Source of the DNA: Asterias rubens
Taxonomy: Eukaryota
Length of the DNA: 64,000 bases
Direction of reading: 5' to 3'
Assembly: GCF_902459465.1 (NCBI RefSeq)
Contig: NC_047065.1
Span: forward strand, 5,084,001-5,148,000
This document shows, in pieces, positions 35,861 to 46,221 of the stretch. How positions within the stretch are numbered: position 1 is the stretch's first letter; every line of letters begins with the position of its first letter. The notes below the pieces were generated by a model. It did no database searches and was not told where the DNA came from. It saw only the letters and a program-made list of their open reading frames with translations. A program made the position numbers and the translations under genes.

Positions 35861-37940
35861 TATGCTTCATACAACATATTACTTTATGATCAAAACTCTC
35901 ACAACATTTAGATGACAAATGAGAGAGCCGTAATGGATTCACACTAAATTTGAGATGGACCAGCAAAACAAATCAGCACAAATGGATAAACTCGCAATGT
36001 TTCAAATCAAAAGATATTAAGTTTATTTATTTATCAGAATCAGGAAAGGAATATTTTTTTTTTGAAAGAAATAAATTTTTCTTAATTCAGCATTCCAAAA
36101 AACTTCTGTTCACACATCTAACACTAACCCACAAAGGCCTTTCCCTTTATAAAATGTTAATCTATAGCTACAAAAAATGATCTGACAAAATTTCATGGCG
36201 AGTATGAACAAATTATCACATAATTTTTAGCCTGAACGAAAGAATTATAAAAAGCACCATCAAGGTAGGATATCAACATTTACATGTTAATAAAATAAAA
36301 TAACATGATTGTTTCTCACTTTTTTGTTGTAAGAAAACTTACTTCATAAAAAATATCGTTAGAACTCAATTTGTCTCACCTAATGAAGAAATCAGATGAT
36401 AAAGTTTGGTGTTTTAATCACTTTGGCATAATTTTGTAGGAATCTTATATGAAAAAACCTTTTAGCACAACACTACCTCAGTGCAATTGGTAATTGCATG
36501 GGACCCACCCGAGGTCTCTCACACTAATACATATTTAATAAAATCATCATTTTTTAAATTGACTGAAAACCAATTGAAGGAGGGAAACTATATGAATAGT
36601 TTTGAAGTTAATTGATTAGTTGATGTAAATTTTAATATTTGAGTGAGAAACTACCTCTTTCTCAAACACTACGTTAGCTGTTTCTCACAATGTTTTATGC
36701 TATCACTAGCTCCTAATTGATCATTTTTATGCTGACATTATTTTGTGTAATAACCAGTAGTGTCTAGTGCCTTTAACAGAGGTGGATATTAATCAATTAT
36801 ACACATTTGTTTTATTTAAAATTTTATTTTTACATGTTTTTATATAAAGTTGCATGATCCATCACATGAAGAAGCATTTCATAATAGAATCATGAAATTT
36901 CTTCACTTCTATGGAGAGTATAAATTATCAATAATAATAAAAAAATCAGAAAACCAAAACAAAAACCTGATTCATCAATGCCCCTGAAGAATGTATTATC
37001 TTTTTACAAATAAAATTTGCTTTATTTACTTATTTTTACCCGAAAAGGTCTTTGAAAGAGTTTCACATTACAAATAATTTTTCTTTAGAAAAAAAAAAAC
37101 AATAGAGAAATTTTGGATAGCGACTACAGTATACTTGAAGTAATTATACCTCCCCCACCAAAATATATTAAAAAGAGTTGGTTAAACAGCACCGCTCCAT
37201 ACATATCTGGTTTTATTTTACTCAGTTAAATTGTTTTAATAATTATTATCTTATAAGTAAAGCTGCACTTTGCCAAAAACAAGCAATTGTAAAGTTACCA
37301 CAATGACTTTAGCACATTTGAAAATCTTTGGAATGATATCATACTACAGGACGGCTGATAAATGAATACTGCATTTAGGAAAAACTTCCCTTTACATGGT
37401 TTTTCTTTTGGCCTACCTTTCTCCTCAAAACATGTTCAAACTTCTCCCATTTTTTTTTTTACAGCGCTATAGGGCAAGCAAAAAAGAAGTTAACCCGCAA
37501 TTGGTGATGTTTTTCAAAACAAGCAAATGACACTCAAGAGTTCAGTAAGGCATCTCTTTAACAAGCACTCTCTCCTGCTTATTAGGAAGAACAAAAATGA
37601 AAGCAATTGATCATTCCTCAGAGGAGTTGTGTCTACTTTAATCAAGGTACTCATTTTGTAAGCTGTCCACAGAATACTTGACAAAACCCTTTGCTTCTTT
37701 CTCAGATGTTAAGATTCAGTCAAGCATTACCAATCCATGGACAGTTACAAACATGAGTGCTTTCAGTGAAACACGCAACTTCTCTTAGAAATGATCAATT
37801 TGTTTCATTTTTTTTTAACAGATAAGCACAAAATAATGCTTGCTTAATATGTGCTTCACTTGGGTTTTGAGTGTCAGTCTTTTTGTTTTTAAATTATAAA
37901 TCTTGGTCAACTTCATTTTGACTCACCCTGTATGACTGGT

Positions 37941-40900
37941 CTAAAACTTGCTGGCAGAAATTGACCACAGCCAAAAAGGTATCTTCAGGAAACCTGGTGT
38001 CATGGCAGCCAGCCATGGGTGCCCCGACATTTTCAAAAGTGACTTGATTTGTCGGAAGTTTAACGGATTAGAGCCATCGATGTCGGTGAAGCCGTATTCC
38101 TCGCCAAGCTCAGCAGTCAAGAGAACACGCCCAGATTTCTTCATGATGTTTTTGTCTGAATAAAAAGTAAGCAGAGATAAGTGTTCCAAGACATTAATAA
38201 CAATAATAATTAGTTTTTATTATGCACTGTTCACACCCGAAGGGTGTCTCAAAGCTTTACCGACATTATTACCCCTGGTCACTGGGCCATTTAATTCATT
38301 CCTTAAACCGTCTCAGCTCCCTGGGGAGTATACAGCCTGTGCATCAAATATAAGCTACTGAGCTAAATCAATCACAAGAACCATCTCTGCCCTCACAGGT
38401 ACCCATTTACCCCTGGTTGGAGCGAATCAATTATAGTTAAGTGTCTTGCTCAGGGACATAAGTGTCACGACCATGACTTGATTCCACACTCTGCAGAACG
38501 GAAACGCCAGAGTACTACAATAATGTAGTTCGGGGCTCTTGTCCACTTGACCATAACACGCAACAGACACCCCCATTGCGATACAAAGGATGAGGTCAAG
38601 TTGCTGCTGAGCGCATCTCGCTCGTCAGAGCAATATTCATCCAAGTAGTCTTGTGCTGTTAAAAAATCTTTCATAAAATGAATAAAAAAATTAACAAAAT
38701 CTATAACAGTCTCTAGCTATATAATTAACTTACCCTGAGCAAGACAGGCAACCGCTTTACCAGGATACTCAACCGATTCCCCAAACTGGAAGACGTCCAA
38801 CTGAAAGATAGAAAACAAAATTCTCCATAAGAATTTGTTGAATTAAAACCACAGGGAGTTAACCCTAACTCCTGGGGCATTTTGGGCTCTCTAAATCCCG
38901 GTTCATACTTCCTGCGAATGCAATATGAATTTTACGTCACACATTTGCGACAAATAATTTGCATCAGCTGAATTGTGCTCAACTCCTGCAAAACATTCGC
39001 TGAGAAGAGCCGCATGTGATGTCAAAATACGATTGCCATTCGCATTTGCAGAAAGTATGAACCAGACTTTATACTACACTTGTTAAGTATAGTATGGTAA
39101 ACGAATACGGGTGGATGCTTCACAAACGATTGGAAATCATGCACGTACAGATCATTAGGTGAGGTTTGCGGTAGCACCATGTTTAAATCTCTTTTGAGCT
39201 GTGTTTGTTAAAAAAAAAGAACCGATGACTAACAATTCAACCACTGATGACTATGCTCTGATTGTCTCTTTCGATCAGTATGCTCTGATCGTCTACTGAA
39301 GACAATCAGAGCATAATAATCGAAACGTTACGTTGTCAACCATCGGCTCTTTTCAGAACCAGAACTTCTCAAAAGAGATTTACACAAAGTGCTCCCACAA
39401 ACCTAGACTTGTTGACAAGTTGTTAAATGTCTATCGCGGTGATAGCGTTCCGACTCTTTCCCGCGATTCCCTAGGAATTCTCGCAAGACTGCTGGCTCGC
39501 GAACACTGCTGGCCCCGCGAGACTACTGCTCTCACGACTACGGTCCCATTTAACCGAGTAGAAGTCGAGCAACCAGTAGTTCGCGCAAGAGCAGTGATCT
39601 GGCGAGAGCAAAGCCACAACTCGACTATCTCACCGCGTGGGACCATTAACGACTTGTCCACAAGTCTACCACAACCTTCACCTAATAAAACTCTCATCAA
39701 GCATAGTTTCAAATCCTACTTACAAATCCGTCTGGGAAGTTGTCGGCCTTGTCCGACAATATTGTCTCCTCAAAGATTTCTGTTTTGACTGCACCAGGCC
39801 ACAATGAGATGAAAGCCACATTGCTTTTCTTCAGTTCAAAAGCACAATCAGCTGCCATACGATCACACTACAGGAAAAACAATGGAGTTAGGATAAAAAG
39901 AAGACGACAATGTTGAACATTATAATATGGTTTTACCCTGCGATGGACTGGCATCCTGTCACAGGGGGGGGGGGTAAAAATATTCTCAGTGGTTTAATGC
40001 CAATGAAACCAGAGATAAGTATTGTTTGAAACTTTGCATGGTGTGGATCGATAGGAAGAAACTATAAATAAAAAGTAATTGCTATTTTGGGGGGAGTGTT
40101 GGCTCTGAAAAGAGCCAATGTGGTCTTGACTTTTCGAACAGTACACGTATACTCTGCTCGTCTTCAGTAGACACCAGACTTTTGCATTTTTACTTTTACT
40201 GGTTGATTGGTTCTTCATCCTACAGTGATTAAAAAGTATTTCACAATTAGCGAGGCAACAAATAAAACAAAACGTACCGCTGCCTTGCCCACTCCGTAAG
40301 CCACATTAAACAAATAGTTGAGACCACCGGGCGACGAAACATTGATCATCAGCCCCTGCTTGGCTGGAACCATCATCTTGGCAGCGTACCACGAGGCGAT
40401 GTAGTGACATCTGGTTAAAGAGAAGTCATTTAAAAAAGTGAATTTCTCCACGGCTTCTCCAAAGTGCTCTAAGGGCCAGTATTGTAGCTAGACCAATATC
40501 AGTGGTGGGCTCTAAATCCAATTTAGTCCACCAAGGGCGAGCGCCTCAGCATATTATTCATATTTAGATATTGGACCATCATTGCTGAAGTGCAGTATGG
40601 GGGAAATGGCTGCACAGTGTATTTTCTCAGAGTGCAGGGCGATATTTGTTAGTTCCTGGCACCACCCACCGTTGCTCCAACACTGTTAAGGGACTTGTCA
40701 CACGAGGCAACTTTTTCAGGCAACCAACTGCAATGCATAATAATAATAAATAATAATAATAAGACTTGTAATGCGCACATATCCACCCTGCTGGGTGTTC
40801 AAGGCGCAGTAAAACCAAAAACAAAACAAAAAACAAAAACACAACACAAAGAAAAACAGAAACAACAAAATAGTCATTGAAAACCTGTGACATAAGATAA

Positions 40901-43900
40901 GTTTTGAGAAGAGACTTGAATTTTGCGGTACAAACACAAGATCGAAGATTAAGTGGTAGAGAGTTCCAGATGCGTGGCGCTGAAGAAAAAGACCTGTCAC
41001 CCCATGAGTGTCGAGACTTGGGTTCAATGAGGAGAAGCATGGAACTTGATCGAAGATTCCTTGATGGAGTGTAAACTTGAAGCAGTTCAGAAATATAGTG
41101 GGGAGCCTTGCCATTAAGAGCTTTGTGGACAATGAGCATCAGCTTGAAGATGATTCGTTGAGAGATAGGGAGCCAGTGTAGTTGTTTCAGAATGGGGGTA
41201 ATAGCACAGGATTTTCTAGACAGTGTCACAATGCGGGCAGCAGTATTTTGGAGCCGTTGCTATGACTACTGTGGTAGCACATGAGTAATTTACATGACTT
41301 CAATCCTCAAGAATATTATGTGAACTTTCAAATGAGAATGGATTCTCCTCTTGGAGATTGCCTAGAACTGGGCCCAATTTCATGGCTCTGCATACTTACC
41401 GTAAGCACAGAATGGGAAGCAGGGAACTCTGTGCTTACGGCAAGTGTACTTCACTGGTTAGCAGCAATTTTTTTTTTCTTTGCGTAAGCAGGGAATCGTG
41501 ATCGTAAGCGCAGATTTCGGAGGTAAGCAGAGCCATGAAATTGGGCCCAGGTTGCCTGTAAATTGTGTACCCATGTGTACCCACAAGAGCAAAACTCATT
41601 CAATTTTGTTTTCCCTTTTATGAAACAGAACAGCAGACTTTATACATACCTTAATCCCACATTATTAACGGTGTCCCAGGTATTTGGAGACACTTCCCAA
41701 AACTTCTTTCCATATTGCTCTGTAAGAAGCTAAACATCCATAAAGATGGGGAAAAAAGTAACATGAACAACTTTTAGAATCAGTAAATGTTCAACACTCT
41801 CATAATCATCCAACATTTAACATAGGAAGAGGTGGTCTGTTTTACTGTGTGTTCACTTATAGTCCTTGGGCCAGACCAGATATGGGTAACCACCTGAGGT
41901 GGCAAAACATAAATGGTGTCAAATGTTTTGTAGGATCACCCTAAGTACAACAACATGTTAAGGCATCTCCAAATGAGTAGCTTTTTAGTGTCTGATTTTC
42001 GTAGTTTTGTATTTTCCCATTAGGTTGGATTTTAATATATTTTGTTACCCATACACTGATGTGTTTTAAGGACTGTCTACTCAGTACTTTCCCAAGTTCT
42101 GTGGAAAAAAAACACACGGGTAAATCACTCGATGGATTTTGAACCTATGAACTTTGCATTGCTAGAGCAGATGTCATACCACTACACCACTGAGCTAACC
42201 CAACAGGTAGAGGCAGTTGGAACAAAACTAAGAAAAGTACCGAGTATATAGTGCTTAACACACAACTATGGTATCATCATCATGCAGAAAATTATCTCCA
42301 CATGTCCGGTGGCACTTTTGGAGCTCGGTCATGTCTGGAGAAATTGGACCAAATATCTGCATCTCTAACTTACAGACACTGCAGCATAAGCGTTGTTGAC
42401 CAACACATCAAGACGTCCGTTCTGCTCTTTGGAAATCTGCTCAAATAGTTGCTTAACCTGTTCATCGTCAGCGTGATCGCACTGGACAGGGATGCATTTC
42501 CCACCACGAGCTTCAATCTGTGAAAAAACAAATGGAAAAGAATATTCCACTGGTTGCATAAATTGCCTGATGACGCAAATGTGGAGAGACACAGAAGGCG
42601 GTCAGATTGAGCGTAGGGTGGTCGGGTTTGCATAGTAGTATCTTTCCCCGCCTTCCACCTCTAGGACCCCCAGTTCGAATCATGCCAAAGTCAACATTTT
42701 ATGTGGACTGTTTATTCAGTCCCTACACCTGACTGCAGGGTTTTCCTCCCACACCTAAAAATTAATCTTGGATAGTACAGTGATTACGCTCGCTTTTCTG
42801 AGAGTCCTTTCAAATGAAATGAAATGAAGTGTGGCGAGACACAGACAGCGGTCAGTCAGGTTGGGCGTACGGTGGTTGGGTTGGCGTAGTGGTATCTTCC
42901 CTCATCTTCCACCTCTAGGAGCTCGGTTCGAATCATGCCATGGGCACAATGTAAAATGGCTTTTCAGTCTATAACTGACTGGAGGTTTTTCCTCCCTCAT
43001 CTAAAACTGAATCTTAGAGAGTACAGTGATTAAGTTCTCTTTTCTGAGAGTCCTTGGCTTTAAATGAAATAAAACGTGAAGAGTCGGGTTGGCATAATGG
43101 TATCTTTCCTTGCCTTCAACCTCTAGGACCCCAGTTCAAATCACACCAAGGGCACTATGTGGATTGGGTTTTCAGTCCCTACCTGACTGCGTTGGTTTTC
43201 CCTGGAATATTTCTCTGGGGTTTTCCTCCCACATCTAAAACTGCAACTTCCTTCATTGTCTTCTCTCCATTTGGGTTCTTGACTAGTACATGTAGATGGA
43301 TTAAGTTTGCTTTTCTGACAGCCGTTGGCTTCACAAGAAATGAAATGAAATTAAATCAAACAAACTGTGAAAAGATGGATGTACTTTGCTCACCTCCTCG
43401 GCTGTTGTTGTTAAAGAGCCTGAAGTTCCTGCCTTTCCATCAGACTTGGGTTTTAGCGTTCGTCCTTTTGGGATTAAAGTTAATAACAACAAATAAATAA
43501 TGAGCACTGACTAAGTGTTACATACATAAATTATGCTTAGCAAATTTTAATGGCCTGACAATTCGAGCGAGCAGAATCTTTATTGAAGGCTAAATGTCAA
43601 TATGCATACATGTATATAACCACAGGCCTTTGTTGTTGAAAAAGCAAGGGCACCCAGGCATTTTCTCAGTGAGGAAATTGTAAATTTCTGCTGGAGCATT
43701 TCAAGGGCACAAAGGCAATGACCAGGGCCCAATTTCATAGAGCTGCTTAAGCACAAAATTTTGCTTAAGCAAAAAAATCATTGCTTAGTAAAATCAGATT
43801 ACCGGCCAAGACTCCACTCAATTGTTATGCTTATGCACTCAACAGCTAAATACTAGTCGTAAGCAATGTATATGGCATGACATTTTGGCCAGTAACATGA

Positions 43901-44566
43901 GTAAATAAAGCGAGCTGTTTTCTTGCTTAAGCAAAATTTTTGCTTAAGCAGCTCTATGAAATTGGCCCCTGGGGGCATGGAGGCAATCACCTTCGCTGCC
44001 TCTGTAAAGTATCAGGACTGTAACAAGGTATACTGGTGTAACAGAAGCAATCAAGTTCAAATAAATGAAGAGAGAGAGAGGGGGAGAGTGAGGCAGAAAG
44101 CACAAAAAAGGCTCTTCAAGGGTTGAAAAGTCAGGCTGGAGGCTTATTTTGCTTTTTTAATTTAGTTCTCTTGAAATTCATTCTTTCATGCAGTCCATGC
44201 AGAGCATCGGGTGATGGCCCTCCAAACACGTTGGTCCTTCATTGCTGTACGCAGCTCCTCCTGTTGCAGTCCTTGCACAAGGTGTCCATCAGGTGGTTTG
44301 TGGTCTACTGCTACGGGAACAGTGTCCCAAATTGGGATAATGTTCACCTACTCTTAGATTTATGAGGCTTGTTCCGCTGTTGCCTTCGTGGCGATGATAG
44401 CGGAATGAACCTCATAGTTGTAGGAGTAAATAACGTCAACCTAGATTATTTTACCTGTGATATAAACTGTAGCCCCAGCTTCTCCAAGCTGCAAAGCAAT
44501 ACCTCTTCCAATGCCTCTAGTTGCACCAGTCACTAGACACACTTTGCCTGAGAGTGGAAGAGCCAT
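37941..44566 (-). CDS. DHRS1: Dehydrogenase/reductase SDR family member 1, 8 coding exons, 321 aa
   Basis: Exons 44566-44455, 43464-43394, 42517-42374, 41729-41650, 40410-40278, 39867-39724, 38800-38734, 38155-37941. Introns are GT-AG, phases are consistent, and the total is 966 nt. Motifs VTGATRGIGRGIA (TGxxxGxG), GRLDVLVNNAY, YGVGK (YxxxK), SLWPGAVKTE, C-terminal SKF. Confidence 0.96.
38196..38580 (-). mobile_element. tRNA-derived SINE (second family) in DHRS1 intron 7
   Basis: caggtacccatttacccctgg...aattatagttaagtgtcttgctcagggaca...gacttgattccacactc with a poly(ATT)-like tail. Homologous to ~63030-63300. Confidence 0.75.
38893..39070. mobile_element. TIR MITE (cccggttcatacttcctgcgaatgc ... 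gcatttgcagaaagtatgaacc)
   Basis: Terminal inverted repeats. Related copies lie at ~55462-55610 and ~8640-8725. Confidence 0.7.
39160..39365. mobile_element. Hammerhead-motif element (copy C), inverted/rearranged
   Basis: Plus strand: CTGAAGA-c-AATCAG-agcata-ATAATC-GAAAC-GTT (39296-39329). It is directly preceded by the reverse-complement motif tttcgatcagtatgctctgatcgtct, and the flanks are inverted (aagaaccgatgac...aac / gttgtcaaccatcggctctttt). Confidence 0.7.
39404..39668. mobile_element. TA-flanked TIR MITE (Tc1/mariner-like)
   Basis: tagacttgttgacaag ... cttgtccacaagtcta. A partial copy lies at ~56830-56910. The 151-aa ORF 39333-39788 overlapping it is spurious. Confidence 0.7.
40030..40172 (-). 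mobile_element. Hammerhead-motif element (copy D), sense in DHRS1 intron 5
   Basis: Minus strand: GTCTA-CTGAAGA-c-GAGCAG-agtatacgtgta-CTGTTC-GAAA-A-GTC-AAGAC (40172-40123). The body ends catgcaaagtttcaaac like copies A and B. Confidence 0.72.
40736..41275 (-). mobile_element. L2/Crack-type LINE 3' fragment in DHRS1 intron 4
   Basis: ORF 40627-41229: RLQNTAARIVT..ITPILKQLHWLPISQRIIFKLMLIVHKALNGKAPHYISELL..YTPSRNLRSS..GDRSFS..APRIWNSLP..FKSLLKTYL. The 3' tail is gcgcattacaagtc(tta)n. Confidence 0.9.
41370..41548. mobile_element. GGGCCCAATTTC-TIR MITE
   Basis: gggcccaatttcatggctctgc ... gcagagccatgaaattgggccc. Confidence 0.8.
42580..43355 (+). mobile_element. Three tandem tRNA-like SINE copies with (GAAAT)n tails filling DHRS1 intron 2
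   Basis: Units at ~42580-42828, ~42830-43070 and ~43080-43355 share ggttggcgtagtggtatct..ccacctctagga..gttcgaatc (A/B-box-like), ggttttcctccc.catctaaaa and ttttctgagagtcc, and end in gaaatgaaat. Confidence 0.8.
43725..43968. mobile_element. GGGCCCAATTTC-TIR MITE, full copy
   Basis: gggcccaatttcatagagctgcttaagc ... gcttaagcagctctatgaaattggccc. Confidence 0.82.
44150..44330 (-). mobile_element. Decayed RTE-type LINE 3' end in DHRS1 intron 1
   Basis: Frameshifted RPQTT/MDTLCKDC/EELRTAMKDQRVWRAIT resembles the RTE ORF C-terminal ..AM.DR..WR motif (from memory). Confidence 0.5.
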
Positions 44567-44769
44567 AATCGTCCTCTCAGTATTCCTGGATGAAAGATTA
44601 TAAATTACACAAAATTATTAATACATGATTGGTAGAGCTGATGAAAGGCTGAAAATAGTGTTTACTTTGTCATCAATCAACCATACATGAAATAATAAAC
44701 CTGTACTAGACCCTGTAACTGGGGCTCCGTACCCCTTTTTCTTTCCTCGAAATTTAGTAATTATCAATC

Positions 44770-44828
44770 TAGTTGTGATAACGTAACCCTCCTGCCGACG
44801 GCGCAGGAGGATTACATTATCGCAACTA
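44770..44828. repeat. Short hairpin MITE (tagttgcgataacgtaaccctcctgccgac...), 3 copies
   Basis: Copies at 44770-44828, 46778-46844 and 46923-46998. Each is a TA-bounded near-perfect palindrome. Confidence 0.85.
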
Positions 44829-44899
44829 TTATCAATCGTACTTTACTAAAACGACCGATAATGACAAAATTTCGATAAAACTGGGGCGCTGTGTTGATC

Positions 44900-45385
44900 T
44901 TACTATATAAAATATAGTGCTGGTTGTAACATTAATAATAATTAATAATTAAGTGGATGAACATTATGCGGTTAGCAAAGTTTAGTTGCCTTGCCCGTTC
45001 AAATACCTTGCTGCTGTTTTTTATTTCTCAAATTTATAGTGCCTTTTGCATAATTAACTAGAATCTCTCTTAAAGGATTTTGTATTTTTAATGCCCATAG
45101 TGCTTTTAAAGTTTTAACTGCTTGTATAGTTCTATATTTTTATACTGTATGCCATGTTTTAATAATGTCCATCTGGATCTGTAATGTCCCTTTTTGTCTC
45201 TTCGTAAATTGTGGCATCCGGAGATAACTCGACAGTAATTTAGTTTACTTTTTAAAAATCCTTCAGGGGTGCTGCTTTTTTTGTTATTGTATTGTATGTT
45301 CTTGTTTTTGTTTTCTTACTGTTCTTATTGTCTGTGCTTGAATTTTTTCCTGTGAAATTAATAAATGAAATGAAATGAAATGAAA
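44900..45385 (+). mobile_element. LINE-like 3' UTR ending aataaa(tgaaa)n, between DHRS1 and ADAT1
   Basis: T-rich sequence ending attaataaatgaaatgaaatgaaatgaaa. The tail is the same as on the SINEs at 42580-43355. Confidence 0.5.
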
Positions 45386-46221
45386 GTTATATCATGTTCA
45401 TCCGAATTATCATATATGTTCATCCACCACCACCAATTGCAGTCCTCCCCTTCATTGACAATCATCTAATGGCAATGCAGTGATTTTTAATTAAGAATAA
45501 GATAAAGCCTTTCTCTATGGATAAAGACTAAAAAGAGTCAAAGTTTGTTTTTTCACCTCCATTGGCTATTTTTAGTAAAATAGGCCCCTACCAACTAGGC
45601 AGTACCTCTGGCACTATGATTTAATTTAACAACTTCTCCGTGTGTAGCAAATTACTCAAACTACTTACATACAGTTTCTACCTTTTTAGTCTGGGAAATT
45701 GCAATATCTTGCTTGGTTCTTGCTTGGTTGCGAAACAGTTTACAGCTATATTACACCTCCTGCACTCTATACTACCTGCTATCTGTGAGCAATCGATCAT
45801 CTGTTTCTCTGTTATGCAACACTTTACAAAAGTTGACCCTGTCCCTTCACTACTTCTTGCTTTCTTTTGTACAGTGTCTGCATAAAAATGAGTAGAGGAC
45901 TGGTACACAAGTTTAATGGTTGTGCGTAGTCTTAATTGAATTTTTAGTGGAACGAAGAAAACGTGCGGGACTCCTTGAACCTGTAAACTCCACACTGACG
46001 TGCCAGCTCTCTACCAAAATAGCTTATCTGGTATCTAGCCCTATGTTTATGTTGGCGGTCTCTCTATTTTGTAGTTCATTACTTTGTTCACATTATTTTA
46101 AAACCCTGACAGCAATCTTTCTATTTGCGCACTCTAGCGGCAGCTAATTCTTTAGCAGTGACTTGTGGAGAGAGGCTAAGCAAAACACTTTCTGTTCAGT
46201 GTTTGACATGTGTGCTGCAGG

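Noticed and set aside
28300-37900. Hidden gene in the 9.6-kb gap between the lectin and DHRS1
   Set aside because: I found only TE fragments and AT-rich sequence; no chain of exons with consistent phase or recognisable protein was seen.
39333-39788. 151-aa plus-strand ORF
   Set aside because: It lies in a DHRS1 intron, runs across a MITE and antisense into exon 6, and has no recognisable domain.
40627-41229. 200-aa ORF as a host gene
   Set aside because: It is the C-terminal end of an L2-type LINE ORF2 running into the element's tail.
43054-43500. 148-aa plus-strand ORF
   Set aside because: It overlaps a SINE copy and runs antisense through DHRS1 exon 2.
44638-44655. CTGATGA...GAAA as another hammerhead
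   Set aside because: The intervening aaggct cannot form stem II, and there is no matching stem I or cleavage triplet.
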